Source of the DNA: an uncultured Gammaproteobacteria bacterium
GTDB lineage: Bacteria > Patescibacteriota > Patescibacteriia > 2-12-FULL-60-25
Assembly: GCA_964359565.1 (NCBI GenBank)
Contig: CAYHTN010000001.1
Span: 1 to 51,276 of the forward strand
DNA: 51,276 bases
Direction: 5' to 3'
The notes beneath the pieces are model-generated. The model ran no database searches. It was not told where the DNA came from and saw only the letters and a list, made by a program, of their open reading frames with translations. Shown here piece after piece: positions 17,441 to 26,347 of the stretch; the first letter of the stretch is position 1; each line of letters begins with the position of its first letter. The translations under genes and the position numbers were made by a program.

Positions 17441-18079
17441 CTACGCAGTGACCAATGGCACGGGCAATCCTCCTAATCGCTCCTTCATCAGATCGAGCAC
17501 CTGCTCATATTGTTTTTCATCGTGAAGATAACGAACTTCTTCTGTCGGAATGGTGAGAACCGGCGCCTGTTGAAATTCGTGTGACCATTGTTCGTATAAC
17601 CGATTTAGTCCGTGAAGATAGTCAAGATCGATGGTCTGCTCGAAAGTCCGCCCTCGTTCTTGAATGCGCTCAACCAGAGTTGGTACCGAGGCATGAAGAT
17701 AAATCACGAGATCCGGTGGACGCAATAATCCGATCGCTGTTTGGTAAATCTCCTGATAGGTGGCCCAGTCACGCGCAGAGATCGCGCCACGTTCATAGAG
17801 ATGTCTCGCAAAAATTTCGGCATTTTCGTATAAACTCCGATCTTGAATCAGCACTCCCTCGCTTGCGACGACCGTGGCGTGATCTTTTAAACGACGACCG
17901 AGAAAGTACATCTGCGAATGAAAAGCCCAGCGATTCATGTCCTGATAGAAGTCCGCAAGATACGGATTCTCGACCGAAGGCTCTAAAAATGGCATTGCTC
18001 CCAACGTCTTTGCCAGACGCTTGGTTAATGTAGACTTCCCTACTCCCATATTTCCCGCGACCGCAATAAAAAGGCGCAT
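17441..18079 (-). CDS. deoxynucleoside kinase family protein
   Basis: 212 aa with P-loop GNMGVGKST, ENPYLADFY, FHSQMYFLGRR and DRSLYENAEIFA, characteristic of the dAK/dGK/dCK family. Confidence 0.85.
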   Translation of the reverse strand: MRLFIAVAGNMGVGKSTLTKRLAKTLGAMPFLEPSVENPYLADFYQDMNRWAFHSQMYFLGRRLKDHATVVASEGVLIQDRSLYENAEIFARHLYERGAISARDWATYQEIYQTAIGLLRPPDLVIYLHASVPTLVERIQERGRTFEQTIDLDYLHGLNRLYEQWSHEFQQAPVLTIPTEEVRYLHDEKQYEQVLDLMKERLGGLPVPLVTA

Positions 18080-18403
18080 AGTACTAGTCTACAGGTCGTG
18101 CATGGAGCTGCAAAAGACTAGGATGCCTACATTGACCATAAGAACGCCTTAGATTAGGCTTTTTTTTGTACAGAAAGAACCTTCAACTCTTTTCACAGGA
18201 GCAATCATTCATGGAAAAAAGAGGCACGGTTACCTCCGTGCGATTCAGGGTGATCAAACTTCGCTTTCACAGCGGCAGACCCGCATACCGGGATCACGAT
18301 AACCATCGATGAGAAGGCGATCACCTTCTCTTTAAGACGATGAGTAAGTCCGTTTACGCTTTTTTTATGATTACCACAGAACAGAGTACTCCGTATGGGC
18401 CGT

Positions 18404-18790
18404 TCATGGCTCATTTTTTATTTTTGCACGATAAGAAATAAACGAGAAAATGCCGAACGGAATCAGATAGACCCAAAGAACACGACGCGACTCAGAAGAA
18501 CCAAGTAGCATAGATGGAGCAATGACAATGAGAATCGTTTTTATTCCTGCAATAGGGAAAATTCTATTCCAATATTCTCCTGCCTCACATTGTACTGGTC
18601 CACGACGAAAACCATCACAGAGATACAAGTTTGGATTTATGCCTTTTCCATCAAGCTTGTAGGGGTCGTAAAAACCCGGCAGTCCACTCGCGACAAACCA
18701 AGCAAAAATAAATAAAATCCAGATGCCCATCGCTTGGAGCGCACGCTTGATCGTAGAGACGGAGATAGTCATAAAAAGAGGTGCTTTCAT
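18404..18790 (-). CDS. hypothetical membrane protein
   Basis: 128 aa with three hydrophobic helices. No recognisable family. Confidence 0.55.
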   Translation of the reverse strand: MKAPLFMTISVSTIKRALQAMGIWILFIFAWFVASGLPGFYDPYKLDGKGINPNLYLCDGFRRGPVQCEAGEYWNRIFPIAGIKTILIVIAPSMLLGSSESRRVLWVYLIPFGIFSFISYRAKIKNEP

Positions 18791-19043
18791 AACGCAACGC
18801 TCTCTTCATAATGACAAAATGACCTTATTTCTTATCCCCCCAGCTCATTTCTCGTTTCATCTTATTTTATTTGATCTTTCTCCCTTTTTCTGACAAGCTC
18901 GCTCCTGACCCTCTCTCCTTCTCGTACCTCTGTCTCAGGTACGATCACACTTCCACCCCACGTCTCGCAACGATCGCGATCATGTGGGTCTCTTTTTTTA
19001 CAAGAGACACGGCGCGCCATGTCTCTACACATACATAAATTGA

Positions 19044-19757
19044 TTACGTTCGAAATTGTTTTTTGTGACCATGCCAGGCGCGAACACGGGCGAGAATGGC
19101 AGCAGCGTAGGTAGGATCACGATCGGCAACTGCAAGCGCTTCCTCAATTCGTTCTTGCCAATGCGGGTGAGACGCGTCAAGTTGACGACGATAGATCTCG
19201 TGCCAATCATCTAAATCATCTAACTGTTCTTCGATAAAAACAGTTCGATCGAATCCGTAAGAAGGAAGGGAACGGCTTGCCTCTTCACGAGAAATATCTA
19301 CAGACGTTTCTGTATTTAAAGAAGTACTGGGACGTTTCCCACGAAGAACTAGTTCTGAACGTACCATTTCAACGCGTTGGACTTGAGCTGGCTCAAGCGG
19401 CTGCGTGCTCGCCTCAAGCAACGCCTGCCACTCTTGCCACTCCTCCTCTAATTCACGATCATCTTTCGTACTGACTTCTAAACGTCGTACCGCATTTCCA
19501 AGAACAGAGCGGATTGATTCAAGCGAACGACACTCTTGTTGCAACGAAACAGCATCTAGATCATTCACGTGTGCCGCAAAATAGTTTAAAGATCGTTCGT
19601 AGGTCGCAAGAAGTTCATTTAAATCGTGGCCCAAGCGCGCATGTTCATCGACGAGAACTTTTTGCCATGTGCGAATATGAGCCCGAGAGGTATCGAGAGA
19701 GACTTCTGGTTCTGATGGATTTTGGCCACGCCATTTTTTAAACAAAGAGGAAAACAT
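19044..19757 (-). CDS. hypothetical acidic coiled-coil protein (last gene of the envelope operon)
   Basis: 237 aa with no signal peptide or TM helix and E/L/R-rich heptad-like stretches. Lies 10 nt downstream of the 824-aa gene. Confidence 0.6.
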   Translation of the reverse strand: MFSSLFKKWRGQNPSEPEVSLDTSRAHIRTWQKVLVDEHARLGHDLNELLATYERSLNYFAAHVNDLDAVSLQQECRSLESIRSVLGNAVRRLEVSTKDDRELEEEWQEWQALLEASTQPLEPAQVQRVEMVRSELVLRGKRPSTSLNTETSVDISREEASRSLPSYGFDRTVFIEEQLDDLDDWHEIYRRQLDASHPHWQERIEEALAVADRDPTYAAAILARVRAWHGHKKQFRT

Positions 19758-19767
19758 AGGAAAAACA

Positions 19768-22242
19768 TTAGCGACGCTTTGGTGCTGGCTGGCGCTTTTT
19801 TGCTGGCACGGTTGAGGTCGTGCTCGTAGACGAGGCCGGCGTGAGCTTTACCTGATCTTGTTCTAACCGGGCCCGTTTTAGCTCCGCCAACTGCTGTTGT
19901 ACCATTGATTCTTTAGGAAATTGCTTGGCGAGCGACTCAAGCAACGCGATTGCTTCATCAAGACGATTATTCTCGGCGTATAACCGCATGAGCGTCCATC
20001 GAGCGAGAGGAGCCGCGTCTTCTACATGATCTTTCACGAGAGCCTCAAGAAGACGCGTCGCGAGATCACGCTTTCCGGCTTGTTCATACAGGAGAGCAAT
20101 CTGAATCTGTAGCTCTTGGCTTTTGTTTCCTTGTTGCTGCAAGAGCTCGAGTGCTTGTACTGCTTTCAATGTATCTCCTGACAGCAGGGCGAGGCGGGCT
20201 CGACCGGCGGTGGTCGCAGCTAAGTTCGGCTGTAATTCATCCGCTCGATCAAACCACTGGAGTGCTTCACGGGTCGCCTCTTCGAAGCGTAATCGTGCTG
20301 CTGTTTTGACCTGTTCGTCGCTACTCGAAAGCCAGGCCTGCTCGGCTTCGACCCGTTGGAGATAGAGATTTGCGATGAGAAGCGCCCCTTGAGTACCGCT
20401 CGGATTGAGAGACTGGGCCTGCAATAGCCCGGCAATGTCCCCATTCGTTCGTTTAGGGAGCGAGACGAGCAAATTTTGTGTTGAGGCGATCGCAGCGGCA
20501 GCCTGCCAAGATTCAATTCGATCCGGATTCTGCAACCTCGCCTGCGCGTTTAGTCGATCTGCGCGCTCAAGAAGCGCCACGATTTGGGGAAGTTCTGCTG
20601 GGGTCGGATTTTTGGCTAAGCGCGTGCGCGCTTCTTGCGCATACGCTTGTGAGAGAAGGCTGGTATAGATATCCGTCCACGGATTCCACGCATGTGCAAG
20701 CGCCAGATTACGCTGTGAAGCCCGATAGCTCTGCGCTTCAAGCGCTCCCTTGCCTTCGACAAAAAGACGCTCGGCTAAAAACCGTTGCATCCCCACCCAA
20801 GAACAGAGAAAGGCTGCGAGGACGGCGATAGAAAGAGGCAAAATTCCCTTCACGGGATGATCGAAGCGAAAAGTGCGCGCCTGTATTTTCGTCGTTTGAG
20901 TCACGAAAAGCAAGGCGCTCAGAAGCCAGAAAAAGAACACTTGGGTGAGTGCAAACGGAAGACTCATCCAAAGAGCGATATTGCTCACCCATAGGGCTAA
21001 GAGAATGGGTTTCCATCTCGCAAGCGAAGAAGAAGATGGTTCATGCCCACGTCGCAGCAAGATCATGGCTGGAAAAAACAACCAGGTGAGCCATACGAGA
21101 ATCCCAAAAATCCCCGTCGTCCCGACAACCGTCGCGACACTCGAAGCGCCGTGAAAAAAACGGACGTTCGCAAACGGAGATTGATTAAGCGCCGGATCAC
21201 GTTCTTGTAAAAATAAGTTAACCCACGTACCTGCCCCGCGACCTCGTAATGGATATTCTTGAAATCCTTTGACCGCCATCGACCAAGAGGGCCCTGTCCC
21301 GAGCGTAACCTCGGCAGGAACGGTGAGCGAAATACGATTCCCAAACAAACGCCACGGATTCCAGCCCGGCGAGAACAAAGCTAGAACGGCGGATCCAAGG
21401 CAAAGAATCGCGACCATAAGCGCAGCAAGACGTAAACGTCGTCCTTCAAGAAAGACGACGAGAATACCGACACCAAGAGCCAGCGAGAACCACAGAGCCG
21501 GGCTTTCAACTGCGCCAATCAGCGTGAGACTTGGGAGTAATAACAGGACGGCTCCGATACGAAGGAACCGTGTCCTGTTCTTTCGCGTTTCTCCAAAGAG
21601 TTTGGCACCTTGAAGCAGCATTGCGAAAGAAAAAACGACCATCGGCACCAGAAAGATAGCGACCTCACTGACAGAGCCTAGGGGGGTCATCGAACGAAAA
21701 AGAGGTAATGACCAGGGCCAAATCGTTTTTCCTACGAGCCATGCGATCGTTCCCCAGGCAAAGAGCCCGGCCGATACAAACCAAACTCCAAGAACGAGCA
21801 AGAATCGAAGAGGCGCGTTTACTAATCGACGAATCGCAAGCCACCAAGCCGCTCCAGCGAGCATCGTGATGACGGCCGTTGGGATTTGTTTGGTAATCCC
21901 AACCCAGGAGCCATAAGGGTCACGGGAAGCGATTGCGAGGAGTACGAGCACCCCCATGCTCGTGAAGATGATCTTGCTATAGCGGTCCCAAGCAAGATGC
22001 CAGGCTCCTCGTAAGGCGTCCTGAACGACAAACAAACACCAAACGAGTCCGGCCGAAACAACCAGCACCGTTTGTTTAGGAAGTTCGGTAGTATCAAGTT
22101 GCGTTCGTGAAAAAATCCAAGGCAAACAGCCAACCACCATGAGTAAAAGAGAGAAAGCGGCTTGCTCAAGCCCCCACGCCAGACGTGAAATAAAAGCGTG
22201 AGGCCCGATATGATGCGGAAAGAGCGACTCTGACATAGACAC
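19768..22242 (-). CDS. polytopic O-antigen-ligase-like (Wzy_C-type) membrane protein fused to C-terminal TPR repeats
   Basis: 824 aa. About 12 hydrophobic helices occupy the first ~480 aa, followed by A/L/Q-rich TPR-like repeats and a basic tail (PAKKRQPAPKRR). Confidence 0.75.
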   Translation of the reverse strand: MSMSESLFPHHIGPHAFISRLAWGLEQAAFSLLLMVVGCLPWIFSRTQLDTTELPKQTVLVVSAGLVWCLFVVQDALRGAWHLAWDRYSKIIFTSMGVLVLLAIASRDPYGSWVGITKQIPTAVITMLAGAAWWLAIRRLVNAPLRFLLVLGVWFVSAGLFAWGTIAWLVGKTIWPWSLPLFRSMTPLGSVSEVAIFLVPMVVFSFAMLLQGAKLFGETRKNRTRFLRIGAVLLLLPSLTLIGAVESPALWFSLALGVGILVVFLEGRRLRLAALMVAILCLGSAVLALFSPGWNPWRLFGNRISLTVPAEVTLGTGPSWSMAVKGFQEYPLRGRGAGTWVNLFLQERDPALNQSPFANVRFFHGASSVATVVGTTGIFGILVWLTWLFFPAMILLRRGHEPSSSSLARWKPILLALWVSNIALWMSLPFALTQVFFFWLLSALLFVTQTTKIQARTFRFDHPVKGILPLSIAVLAAFLCSWVGMQRFLAERLFVEGKGALEAQSYRASQRNLALAHAWNPWTDIYTSLLSQAYAQEARTRLAKNPTPAELPQIVALLERADRLNAQARLQNPDRIESWQAAAAIASTQNLLVSLPKRTNGDIAGLLQAQSLNPSGTQGALLIANLYLQRVEAEQAWLSSSDEQVKTAARLRFEEATREALQWFDRADELQPNLAATTAGRARLALLSGDTLKAVQALELLQQQGNKSQELQIQIALLYEQAGKRDLATRLLEALVKDHVEDAAPLARWTLMRLYAENNRLDEAIALLESLAKQFPKESMVQQQLAELKRARLEQDQVKLTPASSTSTTSTVPAKKRQPAPKRR

Positions 22243-22267
22243 GCCTTAGTATAGCGCGTGTCCGATC

Positions 22268-25200
22268 TTAAGGCGATGCAGGTGCTGATACTTCTTCTAC
22301 AGGCGTACGATTCTCAGACACCGACTCCGATGGTGAAGATGGCTGAGCCTCGACGGAAACATCCGATGGACTCTCTGTCACGACCGGGGGCGCAATCACA
22401 ACCGGCTCGGTCTCCGCCGGTACTGGTACAGGCTCCTCTTTAGACTCGACGACGGGCGCCATCGGAGCCGGAGGAGTGGTTGGATCTTCTTCCATAACGG
22501 GCGTAGAGACAGGAATGAGCTCTGGATCAAGATGGATCGCTTCTGGGATAGGAGGATCTGGAATCACGACTGTCGGTTCTTCTTCGGGATCTTGAGGGAT
22601 GAGACTCCCCGTGTCGATATCGACATCACGAATCGTTCCGTCTGAGAGCGGCACCCGACTCTGTTCCATGGTCATGCCTTCGACGCGCCACGAGAAGGTC
22701 ACTTCGTGCAATTGTTTTTCCTTCAAAATAATATCAAAGCCTTCATGAGAATAACCATCTGTCCACCAACCGCCGCTGACTTCTCCATAGGGAGTAATCT
22801 GTACAAGTGGATAGGAGCCGACTGAGGGGAACTTCACGTGCACCTTTTGTCCTCCCGTGGTCACGCGCGCAAGTCCTTGATAGACCTTCGCTTCTTCCGG
22901 CGATGGTGAGTCTACTGATGCCGTGGCAGCGGTAACTTGTTTTTCTTTCTCAGAACCACCCCACCAACCGGTATGGACGAATACCTCGATCGAACCGACG
23001 CCGCTCTCGCTATACCCTTCCAACGCCTGACCAACGACCGGACCCGCCTTCGTCGCTTTGATCGCGACTCCTGGGATTGTCGAAGGCGCTAACAGATCGC
23101 CGACCAAGATGGCTCCATTCGAGGTTGAAACTTTGGTTGGCACACGACCAGCCAACGCGATCGGATAGGTCGAGGTCGCTGGGGCACCCGCAACAAACGC
23201 CGGACGGGTCGAAACGATTCCCATCGGAATAAGTGTCGTATTCGCTGAACGTTGAACGTGAAGACGACCTTGTTGACTCACGACGACCACGTCTCCTGGA
23301 GTCAACGCGTCTGGAGAATAATAGCGTTCCGCAAAGTCATACGAATCGTTCGCTTGCCAACCATCGGCGTTCGTTGCCATGTAGGTCGTCGAAGCATCGC
23401 GATCGTCTAAGAAAATATATTTGCTATTTTGTATCGAACCTTGCGCTGAAGGATAGAGACGGCCACCTAAAAAGAAGTCGCCTTGAATACGCGTATTGCC
23501 GTCCTGATCGATGGCGAACAGCGTCGAACTCGACTGACGGATCGACCACTGTGAAGAGGTGGCCGAAAGGCTATTTGTGCTTAAAAGATAGTCTTGCATC
23601 AGCGCTTGCGACCCATCCCAGGCGCTACCACGGAAGGTCAGGCCCCAGGAATCAGCATTACGTGCAGCTGCTGTAGCCGCCTCACGAGCATTAATCGCAA
23701 GATCACCATTTATGGTTGCTTCTCTGCCGTTATTTGCAAGCAGCGCACCCGCTTCGTATCCGACTTTCACAAATACTTCGATGGTTGAGGTTGTTGAAGT
23801 GGCTTCAAGCGCATAGCCAATGATCCGACCTGGTTGTGTTGCCTTCATGGCAACGCCGGGATAGATCGAGCTTGTGAGCGGATCACCGATGGCAATCGCA
23901 CCATTGATCGCTGAGAATTTTGTGGGCACACGTCCGGCGAGAGCAATTTCTTTGCCGCCATCGAGACCCAAGATAAAACCTGGCGCGGTTGAGACAATTC
24001 CCATGAGTCGTTGGTCGTAGGCAACCCCGGGACTACGCATCGCCTGAAGAGGGGTGGTTGGATCAAATGACACGAGATCCCCAGGTTCTACCGCTCCATT
24101 AATTTGATAACGTTCAGCCAAGTCGTAAGCCCCTCCGGTCACGGAGCCTTCTGCCACAATGCTCGCGCTCGAGGCTGACGCTGATGGACACGTTTTTGCC
24201 GTGCTTAAATCATCGATACAAATTCCGTGTGTCACGGTCGGGGTCGCTTCATTGTTATAGCCAAGCACCATCCGATAGTTTATCGATCCTGTCGCGTTCA
24301 CCGAACCACCGACAAGTAAATTATTAATATACGCTCCCCAAGCGGTATTTGTCGTTGTCGCGGCGGTATTTACGATCTCGACGGCAATTTGGGTCGAACT
24401 CGCCGTGACGCCGAGCCCATCGGTCGCAAGCCCTCCCACCACAGACACCCCGCGAAGGAAGTAGCCCAACCCATTAAACGTAGATTTATTTCTCACATCT
24501 AACGCCCCTGCATCCACCGCATGTGCTTTTACCCCTCCCACTTCAGCGCTAACCAGAGAATAGATGCTGATACCACTGCCCGTAGGAACAAAGAATTCAC
24601 TCCCCGCAACATCAACCGCTCCACCGCCTCCACTCGGCGTTAAACTTTGGAGAACAGCGATATTTGAAGGATCGGCCGCGTCTAAAACGCTGACTTCGTA
24701 GGTACTTGTCCCTACATTATACAAACTGGCATAGATGTAACGTCCACGGATGACCGGTGGATTGTTTACCAATCGACCAAAGGTATATGAACCGAGTTGA
24801 ACGACTCCCCCAGGATTAGTAACATCGAGAAGTGTTAATGCATAGCTTGTTGCACTGATCACTCTAATGACCGCCAAACGCGTCCCCTCTATCGCCGCCA
24901 TTGTTGGACTGGCCAAGGTAATATCCGAAACGAGCGTGATATTAAGAGGGTTAGAAACATCTACCACCCGAACCATATTCGCATCCTGGTCGGTCAAATA
25001 GGCATATCTGCCCTGTACCGTTCCTCCGCTCACCTTTGTCACGGCACTAAACGTCCCCAATACACGTACTTGCATGGGATCAGAAACATCAAGGATTTTT
25101 AATATCGTGTCATAGCCGACATACAATTTGTGACCCTGTAGCGAGAGGAAGGTCACTGTTGCTCCGCCAGAAAAATTCCATGCCGAGACGATTCTTGGTT

Positions 25201-26197
25201 GTCGTGGATTAGAAATATCAATAATACGAACGACACTTGAATCTGCACCGTAGACATAGTTCCCTCCTACCTCAAGACGATTCATGTAAGGAGAGGCGAG
25301 TTGGCCAACCGAACCCGACCCCGTCATCCCTCCAAGATCGATAACATCAAGGGTACGGGCACTGCTCAACGCATAACCGTATCTTCCATGCACTTTAAGA
25401 TCAAACACACCGCTGAAGGTACCGACCGACGTGGTCGTCGCGATGGTAAGAGCCAAATTGGAATCGATCAAGGCTTTAAACTGACCATTTTTTGTGATCG
25501 CATATCCTGTTCCTGTCGCACTGCCTGCCGCGTTTAGTGTATAGACCGCACTGCCTGCCGCATTGAGAGCACGGATTGAAAAATCATTCACGGCCGACGT
25601 TCCTTGATTCCGCACTTCCAGTGCCGTTCTGGTCGCGCCGGCGGCAGCACTGTCCGCTTGATGGATCACGAACATGGCGCCCGAAGTGATACTCGTACTC
25701 GAAGCAGACATCCCCTGAAGCTGTTCCGCGTTAAAGGCTTGCGGCACCGCTCCGATCCGTTTGCGCGGTGTCATTTCTGACGCATCTGGACTTACGGTCA
25801 CACCTAGATAGAGAGAATCGGTATTCCAATCAATGCCGGTTAAAGCAACCTGCCATCCACCGGCACTCGACGTATCTCCAAGCATGATAGTGAACAAACC
25901 CCCCGCCACGTTTACTGGGATCGTGGTCGGAAGAGCAGGCGTCCCTGAAGCAGTCCAGAGCGCTGTCCCACCCGTAGCCGCACTATAAAGGGAGAACTTC
26001 ATTTGATACGTTCCGTCCGTGACTGGTTGTCCGAAGGCATCCAATAACTTCGCTTGGTAATTAATTTGTCGGTTGATACCAGAGGCCTGCGCCGTTGATG
26101 TCTGGAATCCTACTACCCCTCCAATCACAAGAAAGAACCCGAATCCGATAACGGACCAGGTTTTTGCCAGGGACCAAAGAGAGCGAATCAAAGACAT
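22268..26197 (-). CDS. giant surface protein: N-terminal anchor, LVIVD-repeat beta-propeller, two tandem autoproteolysis-like modules, Pro/Glu-rich tail
   Basis: 1309 aa.
- N-terminal TM/signal segment (VIGFGFFLVIGGVVG).
- Repeats of the LVIVD type: LDVIDLGG, VRIIDISNPRQP, LKILDVSDPMQV, VRVVDVSNPLNI, LTLLDVTNPGG, VSVLDAADPSNI.
- Duplicated ~120-aa modules starting YDLAERY and YDFAERY.
- PE-rich C-terminus. Confidence 0.85.
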   Translation of the reverse strand: MSLIRSLWSLAKTWSVIGFGFFLVIGGVVGFQTSTAQASGINRQINYQAKLLDAFGQPVTDGTYQMKFSLYSAATGGTALWTASGTPALPTTIPVNVAGGLFTIMLGDTSSAGGWQVALTGIDWNTDSLYLGVTVSPDASEMTPRKRIGAVPQAFNAEQLQGMSASSTSITSGAMFVIHQADSAAAGATRTALEVRNQGTSAVNDFSIRALNAAGSAVYTLNAAGSATGTGYAITKNGQFKALIDSNLALTIATTTSVGTFSGVFDLKVHGRYGYALSSARTLDVIDLGGMTGSGSVGQLASPYMNRLEVGGNYVYGADSSVVRIIDISNPRQPRIVSAWNFSGGATVTFLSLQGHKLYVGYDTILKILDVSDPMQVRVLGTFSAVTKVSGGTVQGRYAYLTDQDANMVRVVDVSNPLNITLVSDITLASPTMAAIEGTRLAVIRVISATSYALTLLDVTNPGGVVQLGSYTFGRLVNNPPVIRGRYIYASLYNVGTSTYEVSVLDAADPSNIAVLQSLTPSGGGGAVDVAGSEFFVPTGSGISIYSLVSAEVGGVKAHAVDAGALDVRNKSTFNGLGYFLRGVSVVGGLATDGLGVTASSTQIAVEIVNTAATTTNTAWGAYINNLLVGGSVNATGSINYRMVLGYNNEATPTVTHGICIDDLSTAKTCPSASASSASIVAEGSVTGGAYDLAERYQINGAVEPGDLVSFDPTTPLQAMRSPGVAYDQRLMGIVSTAPGFILGLDGGKEIALAGRVPTKFSAINGAIAIGDPLTSSIYPGVAMKATQPGRIIGYALEATSTTSTIEVFVKVGYEAGALLANNGREATINGDLAINAREAATAAARNADSWGLTFRGSAWDGSQALMQDYLLSTNSLSATSSQWSIRQSSSTLFAIDQDGNTRIQGDFFLGGRLYPSAQGSIQNSKYIFLDDRDASTTYMATNADGWQANDSYDFAERYYSPDALTPGDVVVVSQQGRLHVQRSANTTLIPMGIVSTRPAFVAGAPATSTYPIALAGRVPTKVSTSNGAILVGDLLAPSTIPGVAIKATKAGPVVGQALEGYSESGVGSIEVFVHTGWWGGSEKEKQVTAATASVDSPSPEEAKVYQGLARVTTGGQKVHVKFPSVGSYPLVQITPYGEVSGGWWTDGYSHEGFDIILKEKQLHEVTFSWRVEGMTMEQSRVPLSDGTIRDVDIDTGSLIPQDPEEEPTVVIPDPPIPEAIHLDPELIPVSTPVMEEDPTTPPAPMAPVVESKEEPVPVPAETEPVVIAPPVVTESPSDVSVEAQPSSPSESVSENRTPVEEVSAPASP

Positions 26198-26305
26198 ACC
26201 CTACGGAACAAAACAGAGATACCGCCCGGTTCGAGCGATATCCCTAGTATAGAGGACTTTAGCTAATCTCTTACTTTTGGCTAAAATTGGCTCTATAGTA
26301 TGTTG

Positions 26306-26327
26306 ATATCTTGTGTATATCTTGTGT
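26306..26327. repeat. tandem 11-mer ATATCTTGTGT x2, next to a consensus DnaA box (26339-26347)
   Basis: Read directly from the sequence. Located in the only sizeable spacer (150 bp) inside the envelope operon, upstream of the 1309-aa gene. Confidence 0.7.
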
Positions 26328-26347
26328 GTAACCTGTGTTGTGGATAA

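Noticed and set aside
18205-18414. 69-aa minus ORF downstream of the 128-aa membrane-protein gene
   Set aside because: It has no RBS, an 11-nt out-of-frame overlap and an unremarkable composition. It could be real but is unsupported.
26306-26327. Possible CRISPR or other repeat array
   Set aside because: There are only two tandem 11-mers with no spacers. No repeat-spacer architecture occurs anywhere in the window.
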